In this document: positions 38,471 to 53,064 of the stretch, piece after piece
How positions within the stretch are numbered: position 1 is the stretch's first letter
Layout of the letters: each line of letters begins with the position of its first letter
Assembly: GCF_036971445.1 (NCBI RefSeq)
Contig: NC_091479.1
Location: forward strand, 75,578,001 to 75,642,000
Reading direction: 5' to 3'
DNA from: Narcine bancroftii
Taxonomy: Eukaryota
DNA: 64,000 bases
Position numbers and translations under genes: made by a program
The notes under the pieces: model-generated
Databases searched by the model: none
What the model saw: only the letters and a program-made list of their open reading frames with translations
What the model was told of the DNA's origin: nothing

Positions 38471-39394
38471 ACATAAAGTAACGTTGGGAAGAAAAATTCA
38501 TTCAGCACTGTTTCCTGGATAACATTGAACAGAACAAGGAGAAATTGGTCCGATTCAGTATTGTGCAATGTCAGGATTTACCTGTAACTTTGCAGCGAAG
38601 AAGAATCTGGATGGAATTATTGATTCTGAATAAAGGGTCACTTAAAGACAGAGATGGGATTTCTTTGCTCAAAGGATTATGAACCTTTAGAACTCTCTGC
38701 CCTAATAATTAAGGATTTTCAGATACTAAGAATGTTCCAGAAAGAGCTTGATTTTTTTTGTATACGAAGAGAACCAAGAATATGCAGATGTTGCAGAGCT
38801 GGAGCTGAATGCACAACTGTACAGCACAGTACAGGCCCTTTGGCCCACAATGTTGTGCCTATCTATATTAGCCTACTCTGTGATCAACCTAACCCTTCCC
38901 TCCTCACGTCCATAATCCCCCATTTTTTTGGGATCGAAGAGAAGTTCTGTTATGATTTGCTGAAAAGGCTGAGTCGGCTTGAGGTGCTGAACAGCTGTTT
39001 GCAATGAATATCAAAAACAAGAGCAAGATTATGACTCCATTTTCTTATCTCATATTCATGTCCCTTGATTTCGCCTGCAGTCCAAAAACTTCATTCAAAG
39101 ATCCATTTCTACCAAAGATTCACAACCCTCTTGGAAAAGACATTTCTGTTTATTTCAGTCTAAAATGATTGTTTCTCCTGAAATGTCTTCTTTCGAGAGT
39201 CTCCCTCCATGGAAAACATCCTGACAGCAATTTCCCTGGCAAGTCCCCTTCAAATCTTGTGTATTTCAATTGCATAATTCTTCCAAACTTCAATGATTAT
39301 TCTCCATTCTGCTCATATCTTCATCATGTTGACAACTCCTTCATGCTTGGAATCAAATGGGTGAATCTTTGTTACACTGCATCTAAAGCAAGTA

Positions 39395-39602
39395 CAGGTA
39401 TACCCTGTTTTATAAATACTCGCTTTCCGAAAATTCACTTTTACGAAGAAATCTGTGTTTGCTTTCATGAAAGATTTTGAAGGGGTTTTCGCTTTTACAA
39501 AAATAACCTTCAATAGTAGAGAATGAGTCTTCACTTTACACCATTAGGGCTTACAAAAGGTTTCATAGGAATGCTCTACTTTCGTAAAGTGGAGTATACC
39601 TG
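39395..39602. mobile_element. Tc1/mariner (Tigger-like) MITE
   Basis: TA|CAGGTATAC ... GTATACCTG|TA. Confidence 0.8.
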
Positions 39603-40566
39603 TACCTTGAAGATGTACCTTTACCTCCTATGGACGCTGCCAGATCTGCTGAGTTCCTCCAGCATTTCTGTGATTTTGCTACAATCACAGCGTCTGCAGA
39701 CTCTTGTGCTTCATTCCTGAGGTTTGAAGGAAAACGATCATTTCTCTGCTGTTTTTCATTCTTGGTTGGTCCCAGTGATGTCTTTGTAATATGAAAGGGT
39801 CAATCTGTGCCCCTTTTAAAGTTTAGATGTTTCTGTGATGGGGTCTGAAATTACCCAAATGAGGTTTTATTTTATACAATTTCATTAAAAAATATTTAAT
39901 CACTGTTATTAAAAATATCACTATACAAATATCTAAAAAAATAATTTTTAAAAACTTTTGCCCTTACCTAAAGAAATGGTTGATGAACTTTTTCACTGTT
40001 TGTAAACAAGGTGTGTGATTTAAAACATAATTTATGTCCTTTATTATCGCATGGTTTTATACAACATTTTAGTGAGAGTAGGTATGGCAAACTTAATTAA
40101 CTTGTGTAATCTAATTATTTTAAATAGTTATTTTGTGTGTGTGTGGATGTTTGCTTGTGATTAAAAGAGTGAGTCGGGAACACAAGAAACAGAAAATAAG
40201 TAGACACTTTTCATGCTGATTGGGTTTGCTCATTTGCAGTAGAAATGCTGTTTGAGCTGTGTAATCAGAACATTCTGAACTATAATTTAATTGTCAGAAA
40301 AATAATTTGTCACAAATTTGCATGACGGTCTTTAGATTGTACAAGAATGCTCCCTGAGGCCCAACACCTCTGGGTGAAACTTTCTGAAATATTATTGATG
40401 CAGTTTTCTTCTAATATCTTCTAATTGTAATATTGAAGTTGCTGAAAAGATGCATAGAGTCACACAGACAATGATTTACCTCTTTGGGTGCCAAGCACTC
40501 GAGGAGATTATAACATTTGTGAGGTGGTAGCCAATTTTGCATCTTTCTCCATTTCTCAGTGGAAGT

Positions 40567-42390
40567 CTAAGGGAAGATAAATTCGGGTTGAAAACAATCC
40601 ACAGAATTACATTCACACATTTTACACAAAATCGAGATCTGCCTAAGGAAAGATAAATTCGGGTTGAAAACAATCCACAGAATTACATTCACACATTTTA
40701 CACAAAATCGAAATCTGCCTAAGGGAAGATAAATTCGGGTTGAAAACAATCCACAGAATTACATTCACACATTTTACATAAAATTGAGATCTGCCTAAGG
40801 GAAGATAAATTCGGGTTGAAAACAATCCACAGAATTACATTCACACATTTTACATAAAACTGAGATCTGCCTAAGGGAAGATAAATTCGGGTTGAAAAAA
40901 ATCCACAGAATTACATTCACACATTTTACACAAAATTGAGATCTGCCTAAGGGAAGATAAATTCGGGTTGAAAACAATCCACAGAATTACATTCACACAT
41001 TTTACATAAAATTGAGATCTGCCTAAGGGAAGATAAATTCGGGTTGAAAACAATCCACAGAATTACATTCACACATTTTACACAAAATCGAGATCTGCCT
41101 AAGGGAAGATAAATTCGGGTTGAAAACAATCCACAGAATTACATTCACACATTTTACACAAAATCGAGATCTGCCTAAGGAAAGATAAATTCGGGTTGAA
41201 AACAATCCACAGAATTACATTCACACATTTTACACAAAATCGAAATCTGCCTAAGGGAAGATAAATTCGGGTTGAAAACAATCCACAGAATTACATTCAC
41301 ACATTTTACATAAAATTGAGATCTGCCTAAGGGAAGATAAATTCGGGTTGAAAACAATCCACAGAATTACATTCACACATTTTACATAAAACTGAGATCT
41401 GCCTAAGGGAAGATAAATTCGGGTTGAAAAAAATCCACAGAATTACATTCACACATTTTACACAAAATTGAGATCTGCCTAAGGGAAGATAAATTCGGGT
41501 TGAAAACAATCCACAGAATTACATTCACACATTTTACATAAAATTGAGATCTGCCTAAGGGAAGATAAATTCGGGTTGAAAACAATCCACAGAATTACAT
41601 TCACACATTTTACACAAAATCGAGATCTGCCTAAGGGAAGATAAATTCGGGTTGAAAACAATCCACAGAATTACATTCACACATTTTACACAAAATCGAG
41701 ATCTGCCTAAGGAAAGATAAATTCGGGTTGAAAACAATCCACAGAATTACATTCACACATTTTACACAAAATCGAAATCTGCCTAAGGGAAGATAAATTC
41801 GGGTTGAAAACAATCCACAGAATTACATTCACACATTTTACATAAAATTGAGATCTGCCTAAGGGAAGATAAATTCGGGTTGAAAACAATCCACAGAATT
41901 ACATTCACACATTTTACATAAAACTGAGATCTGCCTAAGGGAAGATAAATTCGGGTTGAAAACAATCCACAAAATTACATTCACACATTTTACACAAAAT
42001 TGAGATTTGCCTAAGGGAAGATAAATTCGGGTTGAAAACAATCCACAGAATTACATTCACACATTTTACATAAAATTGAGATCTGCCTAAGGGAAGATAA
42101 ATTCGGGTTGAAAACAATCCACAGAATTACATTCACACATTTTACATAAAATTGAGATCTGCCTAAGGAAAGATAAATTTGGGTTGAAAACAATCCACAG
42201 AATTACATTCACACATTTTACATAAAATCGAGATCTGCCTAAGGAAAGATAAATTCGGGTTGAAAACAATCCACAGAATTACATTCACACATTTTACATA
42301 AAATCGAGATCTGCCTAAGGAAAGATAAATTCGGGTTGAAAACAATCCACAGAATTACATTCACACATTTTATACAAAATCGAGATCTAC
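40567..42390. repeat. Tandem array of 24 x 76 bp with a 7-unit (532-bp) higher-order period
   Basis: Unit CTAAGGGAAGATAAATTCGGGTTGAAAACAATCCACAGAATTACATTCACACATTTTACACAAAATCGAGATCTGC; identical ORF-track entries recur at 40567, 41099 and 41631. Confidence 0.98.
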
Positions 42391-44079
42391 CCTGTTATCT
42401 CTAAGAGTAAATGTGAGGCATTGATGATTCCTGAATGGTGCTAATATTGAGCTGGTATGGAATGCATCTGTGATGTGCTTGAGGTGAAGAGTGTTGGTGG
42501 GATGGCGGGAAGAGTGGGGGGGTGGGGGGTGAGGAGTGGTTGAGTGCATGAGATGGGTAGGTGGGTAATGATGGGAGGAAAGGTACAAAAATAGGCTTTC
42601 CTAATGAAAGGAAAGAAAAAGACTGTGTTTTACCTAAATCATAATAATCAATTAACTAGGCAAGAAGAATCATTCTTCAACATGTCATACTATGTTTCTA
42701 CACTGTGCTGGCAGCTTGTATTATTAGCCTGTCATCTGCATTTCAAAGGAATCATCAAATATAACCTAATTAATGGCTAAAAACAAATTGAAACATTGAA
42801 CTCAGAATCAGCTTACAAAACAGTGCAAATTGGTCCAAGGTGAATATTGCTACAGATTGAAGTGGAAGACCAATAGGTAAAGAGAATTTTATTCCTTTCT
42901 CTCCCCATAGTCCCCCTCCCCTATTGGAATCTCGGGATATTGGGAATACTGATGGATTATGGCACTTGGATAGAAGATCAGCCATGATTTTGATAAATGG
43001 GAAGCAGATTCAAAAGGTTGAATACCTGCTCCTGCTTCTGCACTTTCTCAAAGACATATCACACTTCTTCACAGGAAAGTTAATGTGTGTGTTTATATGA
43101 ACTAAAGCAAGTTTTTAGACTTTAATCTGTTGATGACAGTCGAGAGACCTGATGCTTTAAATTCTTGGGCTATCTTTTCTCATAGTTTTTTCTCAAGAAA
43201 CTCTTCATTTATTTCCATTGGCTTGAACAAATCCTGTCTCCTAAGCTCTTTGCTTTCCCAAGTTGAAAGACTACTTCTGCAAATTTCATTATGCATACTT
43301 TGAGGATTATTTTATCCTGTGTATCTTGTCGATGCAAAATTGGATGCATTATTTTGAATACGGCTTGAATTGGGCCAAGTATAAAGAAACATTTTCAAGT
43401 ATTTTCCCAAGGAAAAGTATTTCATACGTGATGATCTTTAAAATTGTTGAAATTCAGAAAGTTATATTACATTTGAAATCAGAAATGAATTGATAATTCC
43501 TGAGATCATGGGTGTCACCTTTGAAGACAGCCCTTTTCCTGAGTCATCAAACAAGACACGACATGCAATTGGAAATAAATATGTAAAAATATTAAATGGT
43601 GCATTTAATATAGCAGCTCATGCTACCACAAACTATTATGTTTAAATAAAACTGATCCAACATTTGTATGCAGTCACGTTGAGTTTCCCTGGGATTTAAT
43701 ATTTATCTGAACTCCTTGACCAGGAATCACATAACCTTGATGTTCTGAATTCTTGAGTGGAATGTTCCTGAAATAAATAAAATCACTACTTTGTTTTTTT
43801 TGGTTTTTGCTGCTGTATCCTTACTTTCTTCTGTTACTTCTCTGTTTTGTTTTGTTTTTTTTGTCTTCATTGTATCTGTTTTTTGATGATTGACATTGAA
43901 CACAATTTTTCTGAGAGAAAAAAATAGCAAGTTTCCATGTCCAGTCTGGTTAATGAGGGCACATCTAAAAGCACGATGTTGCGCCTTTTCAAATATGTTT
44001 ACCACAAACTTTGTGTAGATTGTAGGCTTCAACCAATTATGGAGCAGAATGCTTTCAAAAGAAATGTAATTGAGCCAAA

Positions 44080-44280
44080 ATAAAATTAGAAAGTTGTGGA
44101 AACACTCAACAGGTCAGGCACCATTGATGGAACAAGAAACAGTTCATGCCCAGGGCCCTTTGTGGTAGGTTTTGATAAAGTCTCTTGGAATGAAACTATT
44201 AACTGGGTCACTTTCCACAAATGCTGCCTGAGCTGCAGAGTGCATTTTCTGTTTTTATTTCAGATTTCCAGCATATGTCA
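44080..44280. mobile_element. Fold-back pair of Penelope-type terminal repeats, degenerate
   Basis: ACTCAACAGGTCAGGCAC versus ATGCTGCCTGAGCTGCAGAGT, then TTTATTTCAGATTTCCAGCA. Confidence 0.6.
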
Positions 44281-47200
44281 TTTTTTCCCCCCAGTTTTGT
44301 TACAGTTGAGTTGGTTCAGAGGGTAGTTAAAGTCGTGGGCTAGACCAGGGCACTTAATGTCAACAACTTTCAGAAATTGTTTTTCCTCTTCTGAGTTGAC
44401 AAAAATACACTGAAAGTGTGCATTACAAATGAAAAATGTATCTCATTTGGAGGTAGCAAACACACTGACATCTGGCTGAAGATTAATTTGAGAGGTGTGG
44501 GTTTTCTCACCTGGACTGCAGTTTTTGGGAGGCATGACTCTGTGACCCAGTGTGGAAAAATGTTGATCAGCTAGTGGAAAACAGGCTTGAAGAATGTACA
44601 TTCATGGATTGCTTTACTCTTGGAGGGTACGGGTAGAAAGGATGAGGCTAAGAACAAAATGCTTGAGTGAATGGAAAGGGCCTGAAGAGAGAGGCAGAAG
44701 GATGGTGGGTGAAGCAGAGGGAGGGGAGAACTTCAGAAGAGGGATCAGATCGGGGAGGGAGTGCAGAAGAGTGAGGAAAATTGTGTAACAAGATGTTCCA
44801 CCTGTGTCGTTGTAAGTGCGTGGTCAAAGTTTCTATCTGTGTGGAGCAGAGCCTGCTCTCCATTTGTCTTGCACCTCTTTGACATTGGAAAAGGACCTTA
44901 TTCTCCCAAGTCTTGTGGTAGCTAGTGTGGAAAAATACCCAAGGTTAAAACCACTGATGCATAGATCACTTACAGTGGTCAAAACTGGCCATCATTGTTC
45001 CTGAGGGACTCTCTAAGAAGTTCTCAACTCACACTTCAACAAGTTTGTGAGGATTTTAAAAAATCTGCACCTGTAGTAAAAATGGGCTTTATGTGAGATG
45101 GCCACTTTAATAAATTTTAGTTTAATATGTTAGTCTTAGCTAATGACTCTGTCCTAGTATTGGGCATAATCTTAAGATTTTCAGATCGCAAGTTTACAAT
45201 CTGTTTTCTTCACAGACAAACTTTTATTATGAAATCTCTTCAGCTGGACAGCTGATGCTCTCTGAAGAGAACTTATTCAGACCAGGGGTATTGCACATAT
45301 TTTTAAACCCTGGTGTGATGATTGCTTTATTTTGTGGGTAATGCTGGATTGAATTATTATTGGGATTAAATCCTGGGCAACCATGAACCTGGGATCACTG
45401 ATGGTGTGTCTTAATGCACCATTGACTGACCTTCATGTATGGTAATTTTGTTATGCATTGCTGGCATTCATCCAAAGTAATTTTATGGACTGTTAATTTA
45501 CATCAGGATTGTTGAGTTTACTAGATGCCCTTCCAGAAAATGGTAAATACTGGGTCAGCTCTGTATATGGGTTAAGATTTGTAGGCAAAATTCTGGAAAA
45601 CAGATAATCAATCTTGATGAATAACATTTGCCTGACAGCAACAAAGAACATTTGTTCTAAAACCAGATCGGCCCACATAGTAGTCTTGGAATTAAATGAC
45701 AAATTTATTTTTATTAATGTAGTGGATATTGGGTACTGAGTAAATGAGGTAAAGTTTCTGTCAGCTATGTATATATACCTCAACTCTTCACCTGATGTAC
45801 TATGCATAGAAACCATTTACCTTCTGTAAAGTGGGTTTTTGGGAGCAAATTAACAAGAAACCTTTGAACTGTTGTGTATATTCCTTTTGTAAATTAAACT
45901 GTGGGTATTCAAAATCATAAATCAAATGTTCTGTACACTCTACTGGTTAAATCTAATAATACAGGTGCATCATTAGACTCCATTGTTCGTTAGCTTTCTG
46001 CTAATTACTAACATCATTTATCAAACATTTCCAGAGAGATTTAGTGAGGATTAACTCTTATTTAAGTGTTTTAACAATTATTAAAAACTGAGTTCTATTT
46101 AATAAAAAGATTCAAAAATTTTGTGCAAGATTTACATTGATCTACATGAGACCTGGGTTACAACAACTTGCTGAGCTTTCAGGCTTTTTTATTTATTCAG
46201 AAATATTTCTATTGACTCCAATTTTTCTGGAGGTTGATGGATAAGGACAGCTATTCAATGCTAAGTTTGCATGTATCTTTGGAACTTAGTGTCGTACTTG
46301 CAAGATTTGCCTTATAAATGCCAAATTAAGCTAATGTATTTGTTAATACTTGTACCATGCCTCAAACGCTTCGACTTATTGATTTATTTGAGAGGATATG
46401 TGATAGTCAATGGCTGCTTCCTTGTTTTTTTATTTAGCTGCAGTGGGAGGCATAACAACATTTAGCTGATGGCATAACTAAACAACTCACCCAGTTGTAG
46501 TTCAGGATTTAACAATATTAAATCAAACCAGAATAAATATTTTTTTTGGCTGAGAGTTTTGAGACTTTGGTGATGATTTGCACTGAAAAATACATTCGAA
46601 TAAGATGATTTGTCAATATTTGCACTGTAGAATTATACTTTTACAGAAATTATAAGCAAATACCTTAATGAAAAAATCAATGACCTTCACATTAATTTGC
46701 AAGTGATTCATTGAATCAGTGTTGATTAACATTTGCATGCCATTTTACCCTTTTTAGGCATTTCATCAAGAGATAGATTGAAAAAGATTTTGACAGATCT
46801 TGCTTTTCAACAAATTCAATTCTGATTTCCTGCGACTTAAACTTGCTAGTTTGGCGTACATTGCGTTAATAGTAACTTCCAAAACGATATTGGTTTTATG
46901 CCGAAAAAGAATTGTAGGATCGTAGAAAATGTAAACGGATTGGTATTAATGACAATTCTTGGAACAAGATTCATTTACTGGCATGTAGCCTGCTGTGTTG
47001 GTGAAGATGCACTTCTCACTGGTTTTCTATAGCATCTAACCAGCAGATGGCAGATGACCCCCCATCTGCTTCTTGCCAGCGCTTCTTGATCTCCCTTCAT
47101 TCGTATTTGTCTTTGGAAATTTGTGTCACTCTCTGTCATTTTCAATCTGCCTCTCTTTACAATTTTTCCTTGTCTGCCTTTTTCCATAATGTGGCCTAAT

Positions 47201-50200
47201 TTGTACTATAGAAACAACTGCCTCAAAGATTAGTGATTAAACACAATAGATATCTGTAAAGAGGATAATACTCTGTCTCCAAATTTCATTCCAATACTTT
47301 CAATGGAACATATTACAGAGACTCACAGCCACATCTCTACAGTGCATTCGGTGCTGTGGATGGAGGGTAAAATTGTGGGCAAAAGTTATGATATTGTAAT
47401 TCTTAGTGCATTTTTTAAAAAGATCTCTTAGTGGAACTAAGGTTTCAGTTTTATCATTCTGGTTTTAATCTATCAAATTTTAAATCAACCATTTAGCCGA
47501 ATTTCTACTCCTCAGTTTACACGTGATCAAAATTTACAGCTAGTCTGAACTTGCACAGATATTCTGGATAAGATGAAAATATTTTCTAACTAGAGTTCCA
47601 AAATACAAGTGATCTCAACAGAATTGAGTTAAATAGAAATGTAGGATTCATCTTGTATGGGTACATTACGTTTGAGTTAGGAATTGGTGCCAATCCAATA
47701 TGGCGTCACCATAACCTGATGAAAACCATGTGTTTTTGTATCTTTTCTGAAGCTGGATAATTAGATTGGAATAATGGTGCTCTCCATGCTATATACAGAC
47801 ATTGCATTATTTCCTGCTTGCACATACTCCACACACTGCCATAGATATCCTCTGTAATATTTTCCAAACTTCTATTTGCAAGATAATCAGATGTATATTT
47901 TCACCGAGCTTGAATTTCACCTCTTGCTTCTTCTATCTTCTAATTTGGATTTCAAATTTTCTCTCCAACTGCCATTTTCTGAGTAACGACCTAAATCATG
48001 ACTCCCATTTTATGACTGGAGCCAAATGGTTCAGAGTCGGGGGAGCCCATGGAGTCACAAACTCCGTGCATGACTGGTCTGACTGTAACTTCAAATTACT
48101 TTCCAGTCTACTTGCAATAACATTTCACTCTCTTGATCACCAAGAATCTACTTATCTCTGTCTTAAAAATATTCAAGAGATTTGCTTTCACATCCTTTGA
48201 GGAAGGAAACTTCAGAGAGATTGACTATCTGGGAGAGGGAAAAAAAAGCTTTGTTTAAAGGTAAGACAGAAATAAAACAAAATAATGCCTTGCTTTAGAT
48301 TTTTGTCACAGTCAGAAAGATCCTCTCAGTATCTTATAAATTTCAGTTATTTCTTTCAATGTCTGCAGAAGAAATAATTATGAAACTCAGTAAATCACAT
48401 TAGATTACATGAGGCTGATTTTTTTTTTAGTGAGTTTTTGCTGTGTTTCAGTTCACAATATTTTTTCATTACTGAATGTGATGCACTGACTGAATGCAAG
48501 AACATGATAAGAAAACTTGAATACGATACTTCCACAAACTTGATGCAATTGCTTCATTTGGTCCTCTTGTTAGATAAATATTGTCTTCATTGTGCCTGTT
48601 CAGTGTCTGTGTTTTGTGGAAATCCATGTACAAAGAATACTTTTTACTTCCTCTGAAGCTCAATGTTGTAATATACCACCTCTTTTATTACAGACTATGC
48701 AGGTTAGAAGAGTTTGTGATGATCTTAAATGGGCAGAGGTAGGAATCTTACACTTACCACCATTCTCCAGACTCTCCCTAGAATGAAAAATGCAGAAGGC
48801 GCAATGGTTTGCACACTAGAGCAGGGTAGCAAAGTTCCTACTAGCAGACTAGGTGAGCACTACATCTCCAAGGTAATGCTTTCCAATATGGAGGCTAGTT
48901 TTAATTTCTGGTTCTAAATGTTTGGTTGCTCTTTGTCCCTCAAAATTACACGACCATTCCAATGTTTATTGTTGGAGTTTAACATGAATATAAAGTGATC
49001 TCTCTCCTGAATTAAGCATGCCCACTCCCTCTTCTTCTGAGAGCATCCAGAAAGAAAATGGTGGCCGAGCGCAGCATGAATAAAACTGGCCGTTAAGGAG
49101 TGCAATTTGACTCTGCCACTGCTCCACTTGTGCTGAGTCTCCACAATTAAAACCAGCCTTACTAATTGACTTGGCTTGCATTAAAGAGTGGCTACTTTTC
49201 CGAAAAGTTTTTGCAGCCACTAGAACCTGTTTAAAAACTCTAACATAAGCTGCTGCCTTGATTTGGAGAATACATGAAGGGAGAAAGTACCTGTGGGTTC
49301 CAAGAAACGTGCAGGAGATTGAGGTCACTGTTGTTGGTAGAGCCTGAGATAATTTTTCCAATAAAAATTTTTTGGATGATGAACGTGAAATTTTCTAACA
49401 TTTATGGAAGATTTTTTTTGGTGGCAGTGATGTTCGTTTTTAAGAAGAATTGATCATTCTATTTGTTTACAGAGGAAGAACTTTTGTTGCATCACTACCA
49501 TTCCAAGTATGGTTTTCTTTTGATTTATATTGTACATTTGATTTACTTGGAAAACCATTGTGTTCATTGACTGGATTTTCACCCAGACCTGCCCATTTGT
49601 GCCATCTAGCAGGAAAGATTTTTAACTGTGCAGCATCATTGATCTTCACTGTGGAAGATTACTACCCTATGCTGGAGGCTCCAGTGATGTGCACTAAACC
49701 TATGTCTCACCAGCCACTCATGTTGCATGTGATATAAAGCAATTTGGGACTGATGATGCAGGATTTTTCACCATGCCAGAAATGTTGTAACGCAGGGCAT
49801 AGGCATCTTCCATGATCTTTTCAGGGGTAACTTGTAGACATTGTACTGTTTGCAATGACTCGTTGGCCACGACTTTGACTGCTCCACGTGAATATTGCTA
49901 AATATCAGCTCAAAAACTTTTCAATCTATCTCATAGACTTTTTCCTTAAATTGCTTCAAAAGAATGAATTATGGAACACGAGTTGTGATGAAAGCTACAA
50001 GTCCTATTAGGGTTTTTATTTGGAGTCTTTCTATCACAAAATAATTTTATATTATCCTTGCTTTTTCTGATTGAGCTCAAGCCAGAAAATCCAGTCAGAA
50101 GTGGCTGAAGACATTCCTACCTTGTGAAAAAGGAATCGTGTTATAATTTTTAGTGGATAGATTTATTTATTTTAAAAAAACAAATCGCTCCTGCCAATAG

Positions 50201-51799
50201 AGATGTAATTTCAAAGAGCAAGGTAAATGGGTCTCAATACACAACTTGTCACCCAGAAAATAATACTGTCACATGATTCTGTCTATACGGGAAGATTTGG
50301 AGAAAATAATACTGGGACTTGCAGTATTTGCTTTTCTGCTTCAGTATGATTTGGGAAGCACTTTATTTCAATAGGTCATCACTTTTACTGGAATGGTTAC
50401 CATTAGATGGATGTTGAGATTTATATACTTATGGGACAGCTTTATTGGACTTGCATGAATGATGCAGTAGAATTTTGTTTCTTGTGAAGGAACTGTTTTG
50501 CTCTTGACATTTGGCAATCCAAATCTAACAAATGTGTTCTAAATAAATATTTCACTTATTAACTAAGTTTAGCACTCAATGTTAGTTTTGAATATCTGCC
50601 AGTGAACCATTAGCCTCTAAACTGAGGAAAAAATAAACTTCTCATTGAGAAAATGGGAAACAGCTGATCAAACTACAGTAGTTCCTTAAAGCAATCACTG
50701 CCAAAAGTGCTTTCAATAACCTGTCCTTTCTAGACTATGAATGACGCCCTTTTAGTGCAATGCATTGAGGATTCATTGGAACTCATCGTACACCTCAACC
50801 AACTCAAATTGTTGACGATATCTAGGCCTACAATCTAGAGCAGTCACGTGCTCCATTTCTGGTTAAAATTGATTTAAACACAGGAACCCTTTGTTATTTA
50901 AATATTCATGACTGTCAAATTGGTCTAAAATCTAAACTGATACATATAACCATAACCCTGATTGAATTTAAATTTATTAACCTGATGAAATCTGAACCTA
51001 TTTTTTTTTAAATAAATGGAGTGACCAAAGTTTTCAGTTTGTGCCCATTTTGTTTCTTTGTGCCCAGATGTTGATAGCTGGAGAGTAACCCGTTTAATCT
51101 GGGGTAGGTGGCATTTACTCTCCACCCCTAATTTTCAAGTTTCTAGATGCACATCCATTCCTATCTACTGTTGCACTAGTATCCTGTTTCTCCTCAATTT
51201 TAAAATGGTCTTGTGGAAGCTTCTTGGCCATCTAATGTGACCTAGTACTGTAATCAGCTTTCAGTCGTCCACTGTCAAGTACATTCTGTTTTTTGTGAGC
51301 TTCTGCTGAGGAATTGCCCAATCCTTGATGATCTGACATCTTGTATCACCCACATACCTATCCAAAGTGTTATAAAATTAATGACAAATTATTTATTAAC
51401 GTGCATGAATAACAAAAATTAAGTAGGCAGATGCGACATGGAAGTTAGAAGGCAAAAAAACCATGTTAGTCTTAGAGGATTGAGTAGGGAATTATTATTA
51501 CAGATTTAGTACTTTGTTGAAGCTACACCTGGAGTTCAGGAGAGCCCCATGTTACGGGGAGGGAGGAGGGTTCATCATAAACGTCCCATATTGCAATTTT
51601 CCTTGTCAACGCAGTGTCATTTGTGCATGTTCAAGAAATGTGAGTTGTAAAAAGTTGTGCTAATTTACTGTTCTCACATAAATTCTGTAACAAAAAAAAT
51701 TATTATTCCTCCATAAAATCATTGAATTTTTAGGTTATGATTTGTAATTTGCAAGGTCAAATCTCCATGATGTGGGGGTTGCATGTTTAATTTCATTTA

Positions 51800-52015
51800 A
51801 TTTTAATGATACAGCTCTTCTGGCCCATGAAACTCATGCTACCCAATTAACCTGCCAACTCTGTACATTTTGGGAGGGGTAAGTGGGTGGAAACCGGTGC
51901 ACCCAGAAAAACCCAACACTGGTCATGGAGAAAACACACAAATTCCTTACAGGCACTGCTGGGTTTGAACCCAGGTCGCTAGTGTTCCAACCACTATACT
52001 AACTGTGCCACCCAA
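51800..52015 (-). mobile_element. V-SINE/HE1-like SINE
   Basis: Reverse core GGAAACCGGTGCACCCAGAAAAACCCA...TCCTTACAG...TTTGAACCC. Confidence 0.75.
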
Positions 52016-53064
52016 GTGCACTGTTTTGGTTCCTTATTTAAGAAAGTAACTAGTACTCCTGGAGGCAATTGAAAAGAGATTCATCCAAGTTAATTCCTGA
52101 CATGAGGGGATTGTCCTCTCACATGCGGCTAAAGATGTTGGATTTAATTTCTTTGAGTTTAAAAGAATTGTATGAGATCACAAAGGGCATGAAAGTGTGG
52201 ATGTCGAGTGGCTTGAATGTTGGGCTGAGCTACATGGTATGGGGACAGTCATTTAAAACGGACTTGTAGAGGGTTGTGAAGCTCTGGGATTTGACAAGAT
52301 GTTATTTCAAAGATCATGTTCCTTTCTCCTTTTGCAAGCAATAATGCAAAGCCTAACCATTGTTAATCTGAAAATGCTAGCCTCTGTTTGGTGAGTATTA
52401 TCATTGGTCAGAAATTACACTCTGGGTTCATTCAGAAAATGGCATGTCATTCAATGAAAAATAGCCCTAACATCCGAGAGGATCATAGTAACTCATCACT
52501 CATCTCAAGCAAAACTTTACAGCCTGTTTTTCAAGTAGGAGCCTTCCAATACTTCCTGCTTAATTGATGACTGATTTTTGAGATGGAGTTTAGGTTTACA
52601 AGCCACCTGTTAATGTTTCTATTTGGTGAGATGTTGTTGCCCAGGTGTTATGAAGGATCCACTTGCAAAGATAACAAGGTTGCACGAATGACTAGCCCCA
52701 ATGCAGGAATTTTGCAATCTTTAATTCTGTATAACATCTTGAGAGACAGCAATAGAGCTCTGTTAAAGGGCTCCCCAGAGACGGTAGTTGTTCATAAGAG
52801 TTTCTAAAAGAAAATTTCAAATTGCATCCTCAGCCAGCAATAGTTTGTGGTGTTAATGACATTGTTACAGGAGAGAGTGATTTTTGTCTCTCTTTTTCAA
52901 AAGGACAAAATTCACCGACAGTCTTTTCCAGGGATTAGTGGACTAAATCCTAGTTTCACACCATCTCTGCTGGACAACAATATGTCCACAAATAAATGAA
53001 ATTGTGCAGCAGAAAGGAAACATGGAAACTCCTCACTAAATCTCTCAGTTCTATCTTTTCTAGA

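Noticed and set aside
40567-42390. CRISPR array, tRNA array, or a family of 60-aa peptide genes
   Set aside because: Units are contiguous with no unique spacers; there are no A/B boxes or cloverleaf despite the 76-nt length; the repeated ORFs are artefacts of the tandem unit.
42495-42585. G-rich quadruplex-like tract, and poly-C runs at about 2655 and 35855
   Set aside because: Simple low-complexity sequence with no supporting context.
52904-52990. Alternative candidate for the missing long-isoform exon (GQNSPT)
   Set aside because: Similarity is 3-4 residues and the frame stops after about 11 codons.
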